A stretch of 64,000 nt of DNA from the human T2T-CHM13v2.0 reference genome, Homo sapiens: assembly GCF_009914755.1 (NCBI RefSeq), contig NC_060933.1. One strand, given 5' to 3'. Under the pieces are notes generated by a model. It ran no database searches. It saw nothing but the letters and a program-made list of their open reading frames with translations, and had not been told where the DNA came from. Shown in pieces: positions 40,301 to 54,680 of this stretch. How positions within the stretch are numbered: the stretch's first letter is position 1; each line of letters begins with the position of its first letter. The translations under genes were made by a program, and so were the position numbers.

Positions 40301-43139
40301 TGAAATCAACCCGAGTGGAATGGCATGGACTGGAATGGAATGGAATGGAATGGAATGGAATGGAATGGTGCGGATTAGAATCGAATGGAATGAAATGGAA
40401 TGGAATGGAATGGAATGGAATGGAATGGAAACAACCCGAGTGCATGGTAATGGAATGGAATGAAAGGCAATGGAATGGAATCATCCGGAATGGAATGGAA
40501 TGGAATGGAATGGAATGGAATGGAATCAACTCGATTGCAATGGAATGGAATGGAATGGAATGGAATGGAATGGAATGGAATGGAATGGAATTAACCCGAA
40601 TAGAATCGAAGGGAATGGAATGTAATGGAATGGAATGGAATGGAAGGGAATGGAATGTAATGGAATGGAATGGAATTAACCCGAATAGAATGGAATGGAA
40701 CGGAAAGGAAGGGAATGGAATGGAATGTAATCAACTCGAGTGCAGGGGAAAGCAATGCAATGGAATGAAATGGAATGGAGTCATACGGAATGGAAGGGAA
40801 TGGAATGGAATCAACCAGAGTGCAATGGAATGGAGTGGCATGGAATGGAATAGAATGGAAACAACACGAATGGAATAGAATGTATTGGAGTATAAGGGAA
40901 TTGAATAGAATCAATCCGAATGTAATTGAATGGAACGGAAAGGAATGGAATGGAATGGAACGGAATGGAATGGAATGGAATGGAATTAAATGGAATGGCA
41001 TGGAATGGAATGGAATCAACCCGAGTTCAATGGAATGGAATGGAATGGAATGGAATGGAATGGAATGGAATCAACTCGATTGCAATGGAATGGAATGGAA
41101 TGGAATGGAATGGAATGGAATGGAATTAACCCTACTAGAATGGAATGGAATGGAATGGAATGGAATGGAATGGAATGGAATGGAATGGAATGGAATTAAC
41201 CCTACTAGAATGGAATGGAATGGAATGGAATGGAATAGAATGGAATGGAAGGGAATGGAACGGAATGGAATGGAATGGAATTAACCCAAATAGAATGGAA
41301 TGGAATGGAATGGAATGGAATGGAATGGAATGGGATCAACCCGAGTGAAATGGAATGGAATCGAAAGGAATGGAATGGAATGGAATGGTTTCAACCCGAA
41401 TGGAATGGAAAGGAATGGAATCAACCCGAGTGGAATGGAATGGAATGGAATGGAATGGAATGGGTTCAACTCGAATGGAATGGAAAGGAATGGAATTAAC
41501 CCGAGTGGAATGGCATGGAATGGAATGGAATGGAATGGAATGGAAGGTTATGGAATGGAATGGAATTAACCTGAACAGAATGGAAGGGAATGGAATGGAA
41601 CGGAACGGAATGGAATGGAATGGAATGGAATGGAATGGAATGCAATGGAATGGGATCAACCCGAGTACAGGGGAATGGAATGCAATTCAATGCATTGGAA
41701 TGGAATCATCCGGAATGGAATGGAATGGAATGGAATGCAATGGAATGGAATCAATCAACCCGAGTGCAATAGAATGCAGTGGAATGGAATGGAATGGTAT
41801 GGAAACTACCCGAATGGAATAGAATGTAATGGAGTGTAAGGGAATTAAAAAGAATCAATCCGAATGTAATGGAATTGAATGGAACGGAATGGAATGGAAT
41901 GGAATGGAATGGAATGGAATTAACCCGAATAGAATGGAATGGAATGGAATGGAATGGAATGGAATGGAAGTAAATGGAATGGAATGGAATGAACCCGAGT
42001 GCAGGGGAATGGAATGGAATGGAATGCAATGGAATGGAGTCATCCAGAATGGAACAGAAAGGAATGGAATGGAATCAACCCGTGTGCAATGGAATGGAAA
42101 GGAATGGAATGGAATGGAATGGAATGGAATGGAATGGATTCAACCCGAATGGAATGGAAAGGAAGGGAATTATCCCAAGTGGAATGGCATGGAATGGAAT
42201 GGAATGGAATGGAAGGGAATGGAATGGAATGGAATGGTACCGAATAGAATGGAATGGAACGAAATGGAATAGAATGGAATGGAATGGAATGGAATCAACC
42301 CGAGTGCAATGGAATGGAGTGGAATGGAATGGAATGACATGGAAACAACCCGAATGGAATGGAATGAAATGGAGTGTAAGGGAATTGAATACAATCAATC
42401 CGAATGTAATGGAATGGAATGGAACGGAATGGAATGGAATGGAATGGAATGCAGTGGAATGGAATCAAACCTAGTGCAATGGAATGGAATAGAATGGAAT
42501 GGAATGGAATGGAATGGATTCAACCCAAATGGAATGGAAAGCAATGGAATCAACCCGAGTGGAATGGCATGGAATGGAATGGAATGGAATGGAATGGAAT
42601 GGAATGGAATGGTACGGAATAGAATGGAATGGAACGAAATGGAATGGAATGGAATGGAATGGAACGGAATGGAATGGAATCAACTCGATTGCAATGGAAT
42701 GCAATGGAATGGAATGGAATGCAATTAACGCGAATAGAATGGAATGGAATGGAATGGAACGGAATGGAATGGAATGGAATGGAATGGAATCGAATGGAAT
42801 CAACCTGAGTGCAGGGGAATGGAATGGAATGGAATGCAATGGAATGTAATGGAATGGAATGCAATGGAATCAACTCGATTGCAATGGGATGGAATGGAAT
42901 GGAATGGAAGGGAAAGGAATAGAATGGAATTAACCTGAACAGAATGGAATGGAATGGAATGGAACGGAATGGATTGGAACGGAATGGAATGGAATGGAAT
43001 GGAATGAACCCGTGTGCAATGGATTGGAATGGAATGGAATGGAATGGAATGGAATGGGTTCAACTCGAATGGAATGGAAAGGAATGGAATCAACACGAGT
43101 GGAATGTCATGGAATGGAATGGAATGGAATGGAATGGAA

Positions 43140-46100
43140 TGGAATCAACCCGACTGCAGGGGAATGGAATGGAATGGAATGCAATGGAATGGATTCAACT
43201 TGAATGGAATGGAAAGAATGGAATCAACACGAGTGGAATGGCATGGATTGGAATGGAATGGAATGGAATCAACCCGAGTACAGGGGAATGGAATGGAATG
43301 GAATGCAATGGAATGGAATCATCCGTAATGGAATGGAAAGGAATGGAATGGAATGGAATGGAATGGAATGGAATGGAATGGAATCAACTCGATTGCAATC
43401 GAATGGAATGGAATGGAATTAACCCGAATAGAATGGAATGGAATGGAATGGAACGGAACGGAACGGAATGGAATGGATTGGAATGGAATGGAATGGAATG
43501 GAATGGAACGGAAAGGAATGGAATGGAATGGAATGGAATGGAATGGAATGGAATGGAATAAACCCGAGTGCAATGGAATGGAGTGGAATGGAATGGAATG
43601 GAATGGAACAACCCGAATGGAATGGAATGTAATGGAGAGTAAGGGAGTTGAATAGAATCAATCCGAATGTAATGGAATGGAATGGAACGGAATGGAATTG
43701 AATGGAATGGAATGGAATGCAATGGAATGGAATCAACCCGAGTGCAATGGAATGGAGAGGAATGGAATGGAATGGAATGGAAACTACCCGAATGGAATGG
43801 AATGTAATGGATTGTAAGGGAATTGAATAGAATCAATCCGAATGTAATGCAATGGAATGGAACGGAATGGAATGGAATGGAATGGAATGGAATGGAATGG
43901 AATGGAATGCAATGGAATGGAATCAACCCGAGTGCAATCGAATGGAATCGAATTGAATGGAATGCAATGGAATGGATTCAACTTGAATGGAATGGAAAGA
44001 ATGGAATCAACACGAGTGGAATGGCATGGATTGGAATGGAATGCAATGGAATCAACCCGAGTACAGGGGAATGGAATGGAATGGAATGGAATGCAATGGA
44101 ATGGGAACATCCGGAAGGGAATGGAAAGGAATGGAATGGAATGGAATGGAATGGAATGGAATGGAATGGAATGGAATCAACTTGATTGCAATCGAATGGA
44201 ATGGAATGGAATTAACCCGAATAGAATGGAATGGAATGGAATGGAACGGAACGGAATGGAATGGAATGGAATGGAATGGAATGGAACGGAACGGAACGGA
44301 ATGGATGGAATGGAATGGAATGGAATGGAATGGAATCAACGCGAGTGCAGGGGAATGGAATGGAATGGAATGCAATGGAATGGAATCTTCCGGAATGGAA
44401 TGGAATGGAATGAAATGCAATGGATTCAACTCGAATGCAATGGAATGGAACAGAATGGAATGGAATGGAATGGAATGGAATGGAATTAACCCGAATAGAA
44501 TGGAATGGAATGGAATGGAACAGAATGCAACGGAATGGAACGGAATGGAATGGAATGGAATGGTATGGAATGGAATCGAATGGTACGGAATAGAATGGAA
44601 TGGAACGAATTGTAATGGAATGGAATTGAATGGAATGGAATGGAATGGAATGGAATCAACGCGAGTGCAGGGGAATGTAATGGAACGGAATGCAATGGAA
44701 TGGAATCATCCGGAATGGAATGGAATGGAATGGATTGGAATGGAATGGAATGGAATCAACCCGATGCAATGGAATGGAGAGGAATGGAATGGAATGGAAT
44801 GGAAACTACCCGAATGGAATGGAATGTAATGGAGAGTAAGGGAGTTGAAAAGAATCAATCCGAATGTAATGGAATGGAATGGAACGGAATGGAATGGAAT
44901 GGAATGGAATGGAATGCAATGCAATGGAATGGAATCAACCCGAGTACAATGGAATGGAATGGAATGGAATGGAATGGAATGGAATGGAATGGAATGGAAT
45001 GCAATGGAATGGAATCTTCCGGAATGCAATGGAATGGAATGGAATGGAATGGAATGGAATGCAATGGATTCAACTCGATTGCAATGGAATGGAATAGAAT
45101 GGAATGGAATGGAATGGAATGGAATGGAATTAAACCGAATAGAATGGAGTGGAATGGAATGGAACGGAACAGAACGGAACGGAACGGAACGGAGTGGAAT
45201 GGAATGGAATGGAATTGTATGGAATGGAATGGAATGGTACGGAATAGAATGGAATGGAAAGAATTGGAATGGAATGGAATCGAATGGAATGGAATGGAAT
45301 GGAATGGAATCAACCCGAGTGCAGGGGAATGTAATGGAACGGAATGCAATGGAATGGAATCATCCGGAATGGAATGGAATGGAATGGAATGGAATGCAAT
45401 GGAATGGAATCAACCCGAGCGCAATGGAATGGAGTGGAATGGAATGGAATGGAATGGAACAACCCGAATGGAATGTAATGTAATGGAGAGTAAGGGAGTT
45501 GAATAGAATCAATCCGAATGTAATGGAATGGAACGGAATGGAATGGAATGGAATGGAATGGAATGGAATGCAATGGAATGGAATCAACCCGAGTACAATG
45601 GAACGGAATGGAATGGAATGTAATGGAATGGAATGGAATGGAATGGAATGGAATGGAATCAACCCGAGTGCAATGGAATGGAGAGGAATGGAATGGAATG
45701 GAAAGGAAACTACCCGAATGGAATGGAATGTAATGGAGTGTAAGGGAATTGAATAGAATCAATCCGAATGGAATGGAATAGAATGGAAGGGAATGTAATG
45801 GAATGGAATGGAATGGAATCAACCCGAGTGCAGGGGAATGGAATGGAATGGAATGCAATGGAATGGAATCATCCGGAATGGAACGGAATGGAATGGAATG
45901 GAATGGAATGGAATCAACCCGAGTGCAATGGAATGGAGTGAAATGGAATGGAATGGAATGGAGACAACCAGAATGGATTGGAATATAATGGAGTGTAAGG
46001 GAATTGAATAGAATCAATCTGAATGTAATGAAATGGAATGGAACGGAATGGAATGGAATGGAACGGAATGGAATGGAATGCAATGGAATGGAATCAACCC

Positions 46101-48100
46101 GAGTGCAATCGAATGGAATCGAATGGAATGGAATGCAATGGAATGGATTCAACTTGAATGGAATGGAAAGAATGGAATCAACACGAGTGGAATGGCATGG
46201 ATTGGAATGGAATGGAATGGAATCAACCCGAGTATAGGGGACTGGAATGGAATGGAATGCAATGGAATGGAATCATCCGTAATGGAATGGAAAGGAATGG
46301 AATGGAATGGAATGGAATGGAATGGAATGGAATCAACTCGATTGCAATCGAATGGAATGGAATGGAATTAACCCGAAAAGAATGGAATGGAATGGAATGG
46401 AACGGAATGGAATGGAATGGAATGGAATGGAATGGAATGGAATGGAACGGAAAGGAAGGGAATGGAATGGAATAGAATGGAATGGAATGGAATCAACGCG
46501 AGTGCAGGGGAATGGAATGGAATGGAATGCAATGGAATGGAATCTTCCGGAATGGAATGGAATGGAATGGAATGGAATGGAATGGAATGGAATGGAATGG
46601 AATCAACCCGAGTGCAATGGAATGGAGTGGAATGGAATGGAATGGAATGGAACAACCCGAATGGAATGGAATGTAATGGAGAGTAAGGGAGTTGAATAGA
46701 ATCAATCCGAATGTAATGGAATGGAAAGGAACGGAATGGAATTGAATGGAATGGAATGGAATGCAATGGAATGGAATCAACCCGAGTGCAATGGAATGGA
46801 GAGGAATGGAATGGAATGGAATGGAAACTACCCGAATGGAATGGAATGTAATGGAGTGTAAGGGAATTGAATAGAATCAATCCGAATGTAATGGAATGGA
46901 ATGGAACGGAATGTAATGGAATGGAATGGAATGGAATGGAATGCAATGGAATGGAATCATCCATAATGGAATGGAAAGGAATGGAATGGAATGGAATGGA
47001 ATGGAATGGAATGGAATGGAATGGAATGGAATCAACTCGATTGCAATCGAATGGAATGGAATGGAATTAACCCGAATAGAATGGAATGGAATGGAATGGA
47101 AAGGAACGGAATGGAATGGAATGCAATGGAATGGAATGGAATGGAATGGAATGGAACGGAACGGAATGGAATGGAATGGAATGGAATGGAATGGAATGGA
47201 ATGGAATCAACGCGAGTGCAGGGGAATGGAATGGAATGGAATGCAATGAAATGGAATCATCCGGAATGGAATGGAATGGAATGGAATGGAATGGAATGGA
47301 ATCAACCCGAGTGCAATGGAATGGAGTGGAATGGAATGGAATGGAATGGAACAACCCGAATGGAATGGAATGTAATGGAGAGTAAGGGAGTTGAATAGAA
47401 TCAATACGAATGTAATGGAATAGAATGCAACGGAATGGAATGTAATGGAATGGAATGGAATGCAATGGAATGGAATCAACCCGAGTACAATGGAATGGAA
47501 TGGAATGGAATGGAATGGAATGGAATCATCCGGAATGGAATGGAATGGAATGGAATAGAATGGAATGGAATGGAATGGAATCAACTCGATTTCAATGGAA
47601 TGGAATGGAATAGAATGGAATGGAATAAACACGAAAGAATGGAATGGAATGGAATGGAATGGAAAAGAAAGGAATGGAATGGAATGGAATGGAATCAACC
47701 CAAGTGCAGGGGAATGGAATGCAATGGAATTCAATGGAATGGAATCATCCGCAATGGAATGGAATGGAATGGAATGGAATCAACCCGAGTGCAATGGAAT
47801 GGAGAGGAATGGAATGGAATGGAATGGAAACTACACGAATGGAATGGAATGTAATGGAGTGTAAGGGAATTGAATAGAATCAATCCGAATGTAATGGAAT
47901 GGAATGCAACGGAATGGAATGGAATGGAATGGAATGGAATGGAATGGAATGCAATGGAATGGAATCAACCCGAGTGCAATCGAATGGAATCGAATGGAAT
48001 GGAATGCAATGGAATGGATTCAACTTGAATGGAATGGAAAGAATGGAATCAACACGAGTGGAAGGGCATGGATTGGAATGCAATGGAATGGAATCAACTC
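43140..48100 (-). repeat. Copy 1 of a ~5 kb visible segment repeated ~15.85 kb downstream
   Basis: Private markers pair in collinear order: ATTGTAAGGG 43811/59737, ATGGATGGAA 44301/60192, CCGATGCAA 44761/60622, CAACCCGAGCGC 45411/61262, GAGACAACCAG 45961/61827, ATAAACACGAAAG 47625/63451. Confidence 0.88.
44382..44396. promoter_or_regulatory. Canonical heat-shock element (nGAAnnTTCnnGAAn), first of 13 copies in B domain 2
   Basis: GGAATCTTCCGGAAT parses as gGAAt-cTTCc-gGAAt. Other copies start at 45011, 46539, 48420, 49788, 50317, 51743, 52502, 53786, 57713, 60273, 60857 and 62395. The motif match is direct; function is inferred. Confidence 0.6.
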
Positions 48101-51100
48101 GAGTACAGGGGAATGGAATGGAATGGAATGCAATGGAATGGAATCATCCGTAATGGAATGGAAAGGAATGGAATGGAATGGAATGGAATGGAAGGGAATG
48201 GAATCAACACGGTTGCAATCGAATGGAATGGAATGGAATTAACCCGAATAGAATGGAATGGAATGGAATGGAACGGAACGGAATGGAATGGAATGGAATG
48301 GAATGGAATGGAACGGAACGGAATGGAATGGAATGGAATGGAATGGAATGGAATCAACGCGAGTGCAGGGGAATGGAATGGAATGGAATGCAATGGAATG
48401 GAATGGAATGCAATGGAATGGAATCTTCCGGAATGGAATGGAATGGAATGGAATGAAATGCAATGGATTCAACTCGACTGCAATGGAATGGAATAGAATG
48501 GAATGGAATGGAATGGAATGGAATTACCCCAAATAGAATGGAATGGAATGGAACGGAATGGAATGGAACGGAATGGAACGGAATGGAATGGAATGGAATG
48601 GTATGGAATGGAATGGAATGGTACGGAATAGAATGGAATGGAACGAATTGTAATGGAATGGAATTGAATAGAATGGAATGGAATGGAATGGAATCAACGC
48701 GAGTGCAGGGGAATGTAATGGAACGGAATGCAATGGAATGGAATCATCCGGAATAGAATGGAATGGAATGGAATGGAATGGAATGGAATCAACCCGAGTG
48801 CAATGGAATGGAGTGGAATGGAATGGAATGGAATGGAACAATCCGAATGGAATGGAATGTAATGGAGAGTAAGGGAGTTGAATAGAATCAATCAGAATGT
48901 AATGGAATGGAATGCAACGGAATGGAATGGAATGGAATGGAATGGAATGGAATGTAATGGAATGGAATCAACCCGAGTACAATGGAATGGAATGGAATGG
49001 AATGGAATGGAATGGAATGGAATGCCTTCAAACCGAATGGAATGGAAAGGAATGGAATCAACACGAGTGGAATGGAATGGAATGGAATGGAATGGAATGG
49101 AATGGAATGGAATGGAATGATACGGAATAGGATGGAATGGAACGAAATGGAATGGAATGGAATGGAATGGAATGGAATGGAATGGAATGGAATGGAATCG
49201 TTCCGAGTGGAATAGGAGGGAATGTATCCGAGTGGAATGGAAAGGAATGGAATCAAACAGAGTGGAATGGAAGGGAATGGAATGGAATGGAAACTAATAG
49301 AATGGAATCAACCCTAGTGGAATGGAATGGAAAGGACTGGAATGGAAAGGAATGGAATGGAATGGAATGGAATGGAATGGAATGGAATGGAATCAACGCG
49401 AGTGCAGGAGAATGGAATGGAATGGAATGGAATGGAATGGAATGTAATGGAATCAACCCGAGTGCAGGGGAATGTAATGGAACGGAATGCAATGGAAAGG
49501 AATCATCCGGAATGGAATGGAATGGAATGGAATGGAATCAACCCGAGTGCAATGGAATGGAGTGGAATGGAATGGAATGGAATGGAACAATCCGAATGGA
49601 ATGGAATGTAATGGAGAGTAAGGGAGTTGAAAAGAATCAATCCGAATGTAATGGAATGGAATGGAACGGAATGGAATTGAATGGAATGGAATGGAATGCA
49701 ATGGAATGGGATCAACCAGGGTACAATGGAATGGAATGGAATGGAATGGAATGGAACGGAATGGAATGGAATGGAATGCAATGGAATGGAATCTTCCGGA
49801 ATGGAAAGGAATGGAATGGAATGGAATGGAATGGAATGCAATGGATTCAACTCGATTGCAATGGAATAGAATAGAATGGAATGGAATGGAATCGAATGGA
49901 ATGGAATGGAATGGAATCAACCCGAGTGCAAAGGAATGGAGAGGAACGGAATGGAATGGAATGGAAACTACCCGAATGGAATGGAATGTAATGGAGTGTA
50001 AGGGAATTGAATAGAATCAATCCGAATGTAATGGAATGGAATGGAACGGAATGTAATGGAATGGAATGGAATGGAATGGAATGGAATGGAATCAACCCGA
50101 GTGCAATGGAATGGAGTGGAATGGAATGGAATGGAATGGAACAACCCGAATGGAATGGAGTGGAATGGAGACTAAGGGAGTTGAATAGAATCAATCCGAA
50201 TGTAATGGAATGGAATGCAACGGAATGGAATGGAATGGAATGGAATGGAATGCAATGGAATGGAATGGAATCAACACGAGTGCAGGGGAATGGAATGGAA
50301 TGGAATGCAATGGAATGGAATCTTCCGGAATGGAATGGAATGGAATGGAATGGAATGAAATGCAATGGATTCAACTCGATTGCAATGGAATGGAATAGAA
50401 TGGAATGGAATGGAATGGAATGGAATGGAATGGAATTAACCCGAATGGAATGGAATGGAATGGAATGGAACGAAATGGAACTGAATGGAATGGAATGGAA
50501 TGGAATGGAATGGAATGGAATGGTATGAAATGGAATAGAATGGTACGGAATAGAATGGAATGGAACGAATTGTAATGGAATGGAATTCAATGGAATGGAG
50601 TGGAATGGAATGGAATCAACACGAGTGCAGGGGAATGTAATGGAACGGAATGCAATGGAATGGAATCATCCGGAATGGAATGGAATGGAATGGAATGGAA
50701 TGGAATCAACCCGAGTGCAATGGAATGGAGTGGAATGGAATTGAATGGAATGAAACAACCCGAATGGAATGGAATGTAATGGAGAGTGAGGGAGTTGAAT
50801 AGAACCAATCCGAATGTAATGGAATGGAATGCAACGGAATCGAATGGAATGGAATGGAATGGAATGGAATGGAATGGAATCAACTCGAGTGGAAAGCAAT
50901 GGAATGGAATGGAAAGGAATGGAAAGAAATCAACTCGAGTGGAATGGAATGGAATGGAATGGATTGGAATGGATTGCAATGGAATGAAATGGAATGGAAT
51001 GGAATGGAATCAATCATTCCGAGTGGAATGGAAGGGAATGTAATGGAGTGGAAAGAAGGGAATGGAATCAACCCGATTGGAATACAAGGCAATGGAATGG

Positions 51101-54100
51101 AATGGAAACGAATGGAATAGAATCAACTCGATTGCAATGGAATGGAATGGAATGGAATGGAATGGAATGGAGACAACCAGAATGGATTGGAATATAATGG
51201 AGTGTAAGGGAATTGAATAGAATCAGTCTGAATGTAATGAAATGGAATGGAACGGAATGGAATGGAATGTAATGGAATGGAATGGAATGCAATGGAATGG
51301 AATCAACCCGAGTGCAATGGAATGGAATCGAATGGAATGGAATGCAATGGAATGGATTCAACTTGAATGGAATGGAAAGAATGGAATCAACACGAGTGGA
51401 ATGGCATGGATTGGAATGGAATGGAATGGAATCAACCCGAGTATAGGGGAATGGAATGGTATGGAATGCAATGGAGTGGAATCATTCGTAATGGAATGGA
51501 AAGGAATGGAATGGAATGGAATGGAATGGAATGGAATGGAATCAACTCGATTGCAATCGAATGGAATGGAATGGAATTAACCCGAATAGAATGGAATGCA
51601 ATGGAATGGAACGGAACGGAATGGAATGGAATGGGATGGAATGGAATGGAACGGAAAGGAAGGGAATGGAATGGAATAGAATGGAATGGAATGGAATCAA
51701 CGCGAGTGCAGGGGAATGGAATGGAATGGAATGCAATGGAATGGAATCTTCCGGAATGGAATGGAATGGAATGGAATGGAATCAACCCGAGTGCAATGGA
51801 ATGGAGTGGAATGGAATGGAATGGAATGGAATGGAATGGTATGGAATGGAATGATATGGAATAGAATGGAATGGAACGAAATGGAATGGAATGGAATGGA
51901 ATGGAATGGAATGGAATGGAATGGAATCGTTCCGAGTGGAATAGGAGGGAATGTATTTGAGTGGAATGGAAAGGAATGGAATCAACCAGAGTGGAATGGA
52001 AGGGAATGGAATGGAATGGAATGGAATGGAATGGAATGCAATGGAATGGAATCAAACCGAGTGCAATCGAATGGAATCGAATGGAATGGAATGCAATGGA
52101 ATGGATTCAACTTGAATGGAATGGAAAGAATGGAAGCAACACGAGTGGAATGGCATGGATTGGAATGGAATGGAATGGAATCAACCCGAGTACAGGGGAA
52201 TGGAATGGAATGGAATGCAATGGAATGGAATCATGCGTAATGGAATGGAAAGGAATGGAATGGAATGGAATGGAATGGAATGGAATGGAATGGAATGGAA
52301 TCAACTCGATTGCAATCGAATGGAATGGAATGGAATTAACCCGAATAGAATGGAATGGAATGGAATGGAACGGAACGGAACGGAATGGAATGGAATGGAA
52401 TGGAATGGAACGGAACGGAACGGAGTGGAATGGAACGGAATGGAATGGAATGGAATCAACGCGAGTGCAGGGGAATGGAATGGAATGGAATGCAATGGAA
52501 TGGAATCTTCCGGAATGGAATGGAATGGAATGGAATGGAAGGAAATGCAATGGATTCAACTCGATTGCAATGGAATGGAATAGAATGGAATGGAATGGAA
52601 TGGAATGGAATTAATCCGAATAGAATGGAATGGAATGGAATGGAACGGAATGGAACGGAATGGAATGGAATATAATGGAATGGAATGGTATGGAATGGAA
52701 TGGAATGGTACGGAATAGAATGGAATGGAACGAATTGTAATGGAATGGAATTGAATGGAATGGAATGGAATGGAATGGAATCAACGCGAGTGCAGGGGAA
52801 TATAATGGAACGGAATGCAATGTAATGGAATCATCCGGAATGGAATGGAATGGAATGGAATGGAATGGAATGGAATCAACCCGAGTGCAATGGAATGCAG
52901 TAGAATGGAATGGAATGGAATGGAATGGAACAACCCGAATGGAATGGAATGGAATGCAGAGTAAGGGAGTTGAATAGAATCAATCCGAATGTAATGGAAT
53001 GGAATACAACGGAATGGAATGGAATGGATTGGAATGGAATGGAATGGAATGGAATGGAATGGAATGCAATGGAATTGAATCAACCCGAGTACAATGGAAC
53101 GGAATGGAATGGAATGGAATGCAATGGATTGGAATGGAATGATTCGGAAAAGAATGGAATGGAACGAAATGGAATGGAATGGAATGGAATGGAATGGAAT
53201 GGAATGGAATCGTTCCGAGTGGAATAGGAGGGAATGTATTCGAGTGGAATGGAAAGGAATGGTATCAACCAGAGTGGAATGGAAGGGAATGGAATGGAAT
53301 GGAAACTAATAGAATGGAATCAACCCGAGTGGAAGGGAATGGAAAGGACTGGAATGGAATGGAATGGAATGGAATCAACTCGAATGTAATGGAATGGAAT
53401 GGAATGGAATGGAATGGAATTAACCCGAATACAATGGAATGGAATGGAACGGAACGGAATGGAGTGGAATGGAATGGAATCAACCCGAGTGCAGGGGAAT
53501 GGAATGGAATGGAATGCAATGGAATGGAATCATCCGGAATGGAATGGAATGGAATGGAATGCAAAGCAATGGAATCAACTCGATTGCAAAGGAATGGAAT
53601 GGAATGGAAAGGAATACATTGGAATCAACCCGAGTGTAATGGAATGGAAAGGACTGGAATGGAGTGGAATGGAATGGAATGCAATGGAATGGAATGGAAT
53701 CAACTCGATTGAAATGGAATGGAATGGAATGGAATGGAATCAACGCGAGTGCAGGGGAATGGAATGGAATGGAATGCAATGGAATGGAATCTTCCGGAAT
53801 CGAATGGAATGGAATGGAATGGAATGGAATGGAATCAACCCGAGTGCAATGGAATGGAGTGGAATGGAATGGAATGGAATGGAACAACCCGAATGGAATG
53901 GAATGTAATGGAGAGTAAGGGAGTTGAATAGAATCAATCCGAATGTAATGGAATGGAATTTAACGGAATGGAATTGAATGGAATGGATTGGAATGCAATG
54001 GAATGGAATCAACCCGAGTGCAATGGAATGGAGAGGAATGGAATGGAATGCAATGGAAACTACCCGAATGGAATGGAATGTAATGGAGTGTAAGGGAATT

Positions 54101-54680
54101 GAATAGAATCAATCCGAATGTAATGGAATGGAATGGAACGGAATGTAATGGAATGGAATGGAATGGAATGGAATGCAATGGAATGGAATCAACCCGAGTG
54201 CAATCGAATGGAATCGAATGGAATGGAATGCAATGGAATGGATTCAACTTGAATGGAATGGAAAGAATGGAATCAACACGAGTGGAATGGCATGGCTTGG
54301 AATGGAATGGAATGGAATCAACCCGAGTACAGGGGAATGGAATGGAATGGAATGCAATGGAATGGAATCATCCATAATGGAATGGAAAGGAATGGAATGG
54401 AATGGAATGGAATGGAATGGAATGGAATGGAATCAACTCGATTGCAATCGAATGGAATGGAATGGAATTAACCCGAATAGAATGGAATGGAATGGAATGG
54501 AAAGGAACGGAATGGAATGGAATGGAATGGAATGGAATGGAATGGAACGGAACGGAATGGAATGGAATGGAATGGAATGGAATGGAATGGAATCAACGCG
54601 AGTGCAGGGGAATGGAATGGAATGGAATGCAATGAAATGGAATCATCTGGAATGGAATGGAATGGAATTGAATGGAATGG

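Larger units (their letters stand above)
19851..43130. repeat. HSat3 dialect A domain 2, spanning the inversion point
   Basis: Both sides of the breakpoint share AACCCGTGTGCAA, CAAACCTAGTGC, TTAACCTGAACAG, GGCATGG and GAATACAATCAATCC or their reverse complements. B-diagnostic motifs were not seen. Confidence 0.7.

Noticed and set aside
49195-49230. GGAATCGTTCCGAG as an HSE, and AGGAGG as a Shine-Dalgarno site
   Set aside because: The GAA-TTC spacing is 3 nt, which is out of HSE register. AGGAGG is a satellite variant in eukaryotic DNA with no real ORF downstream.
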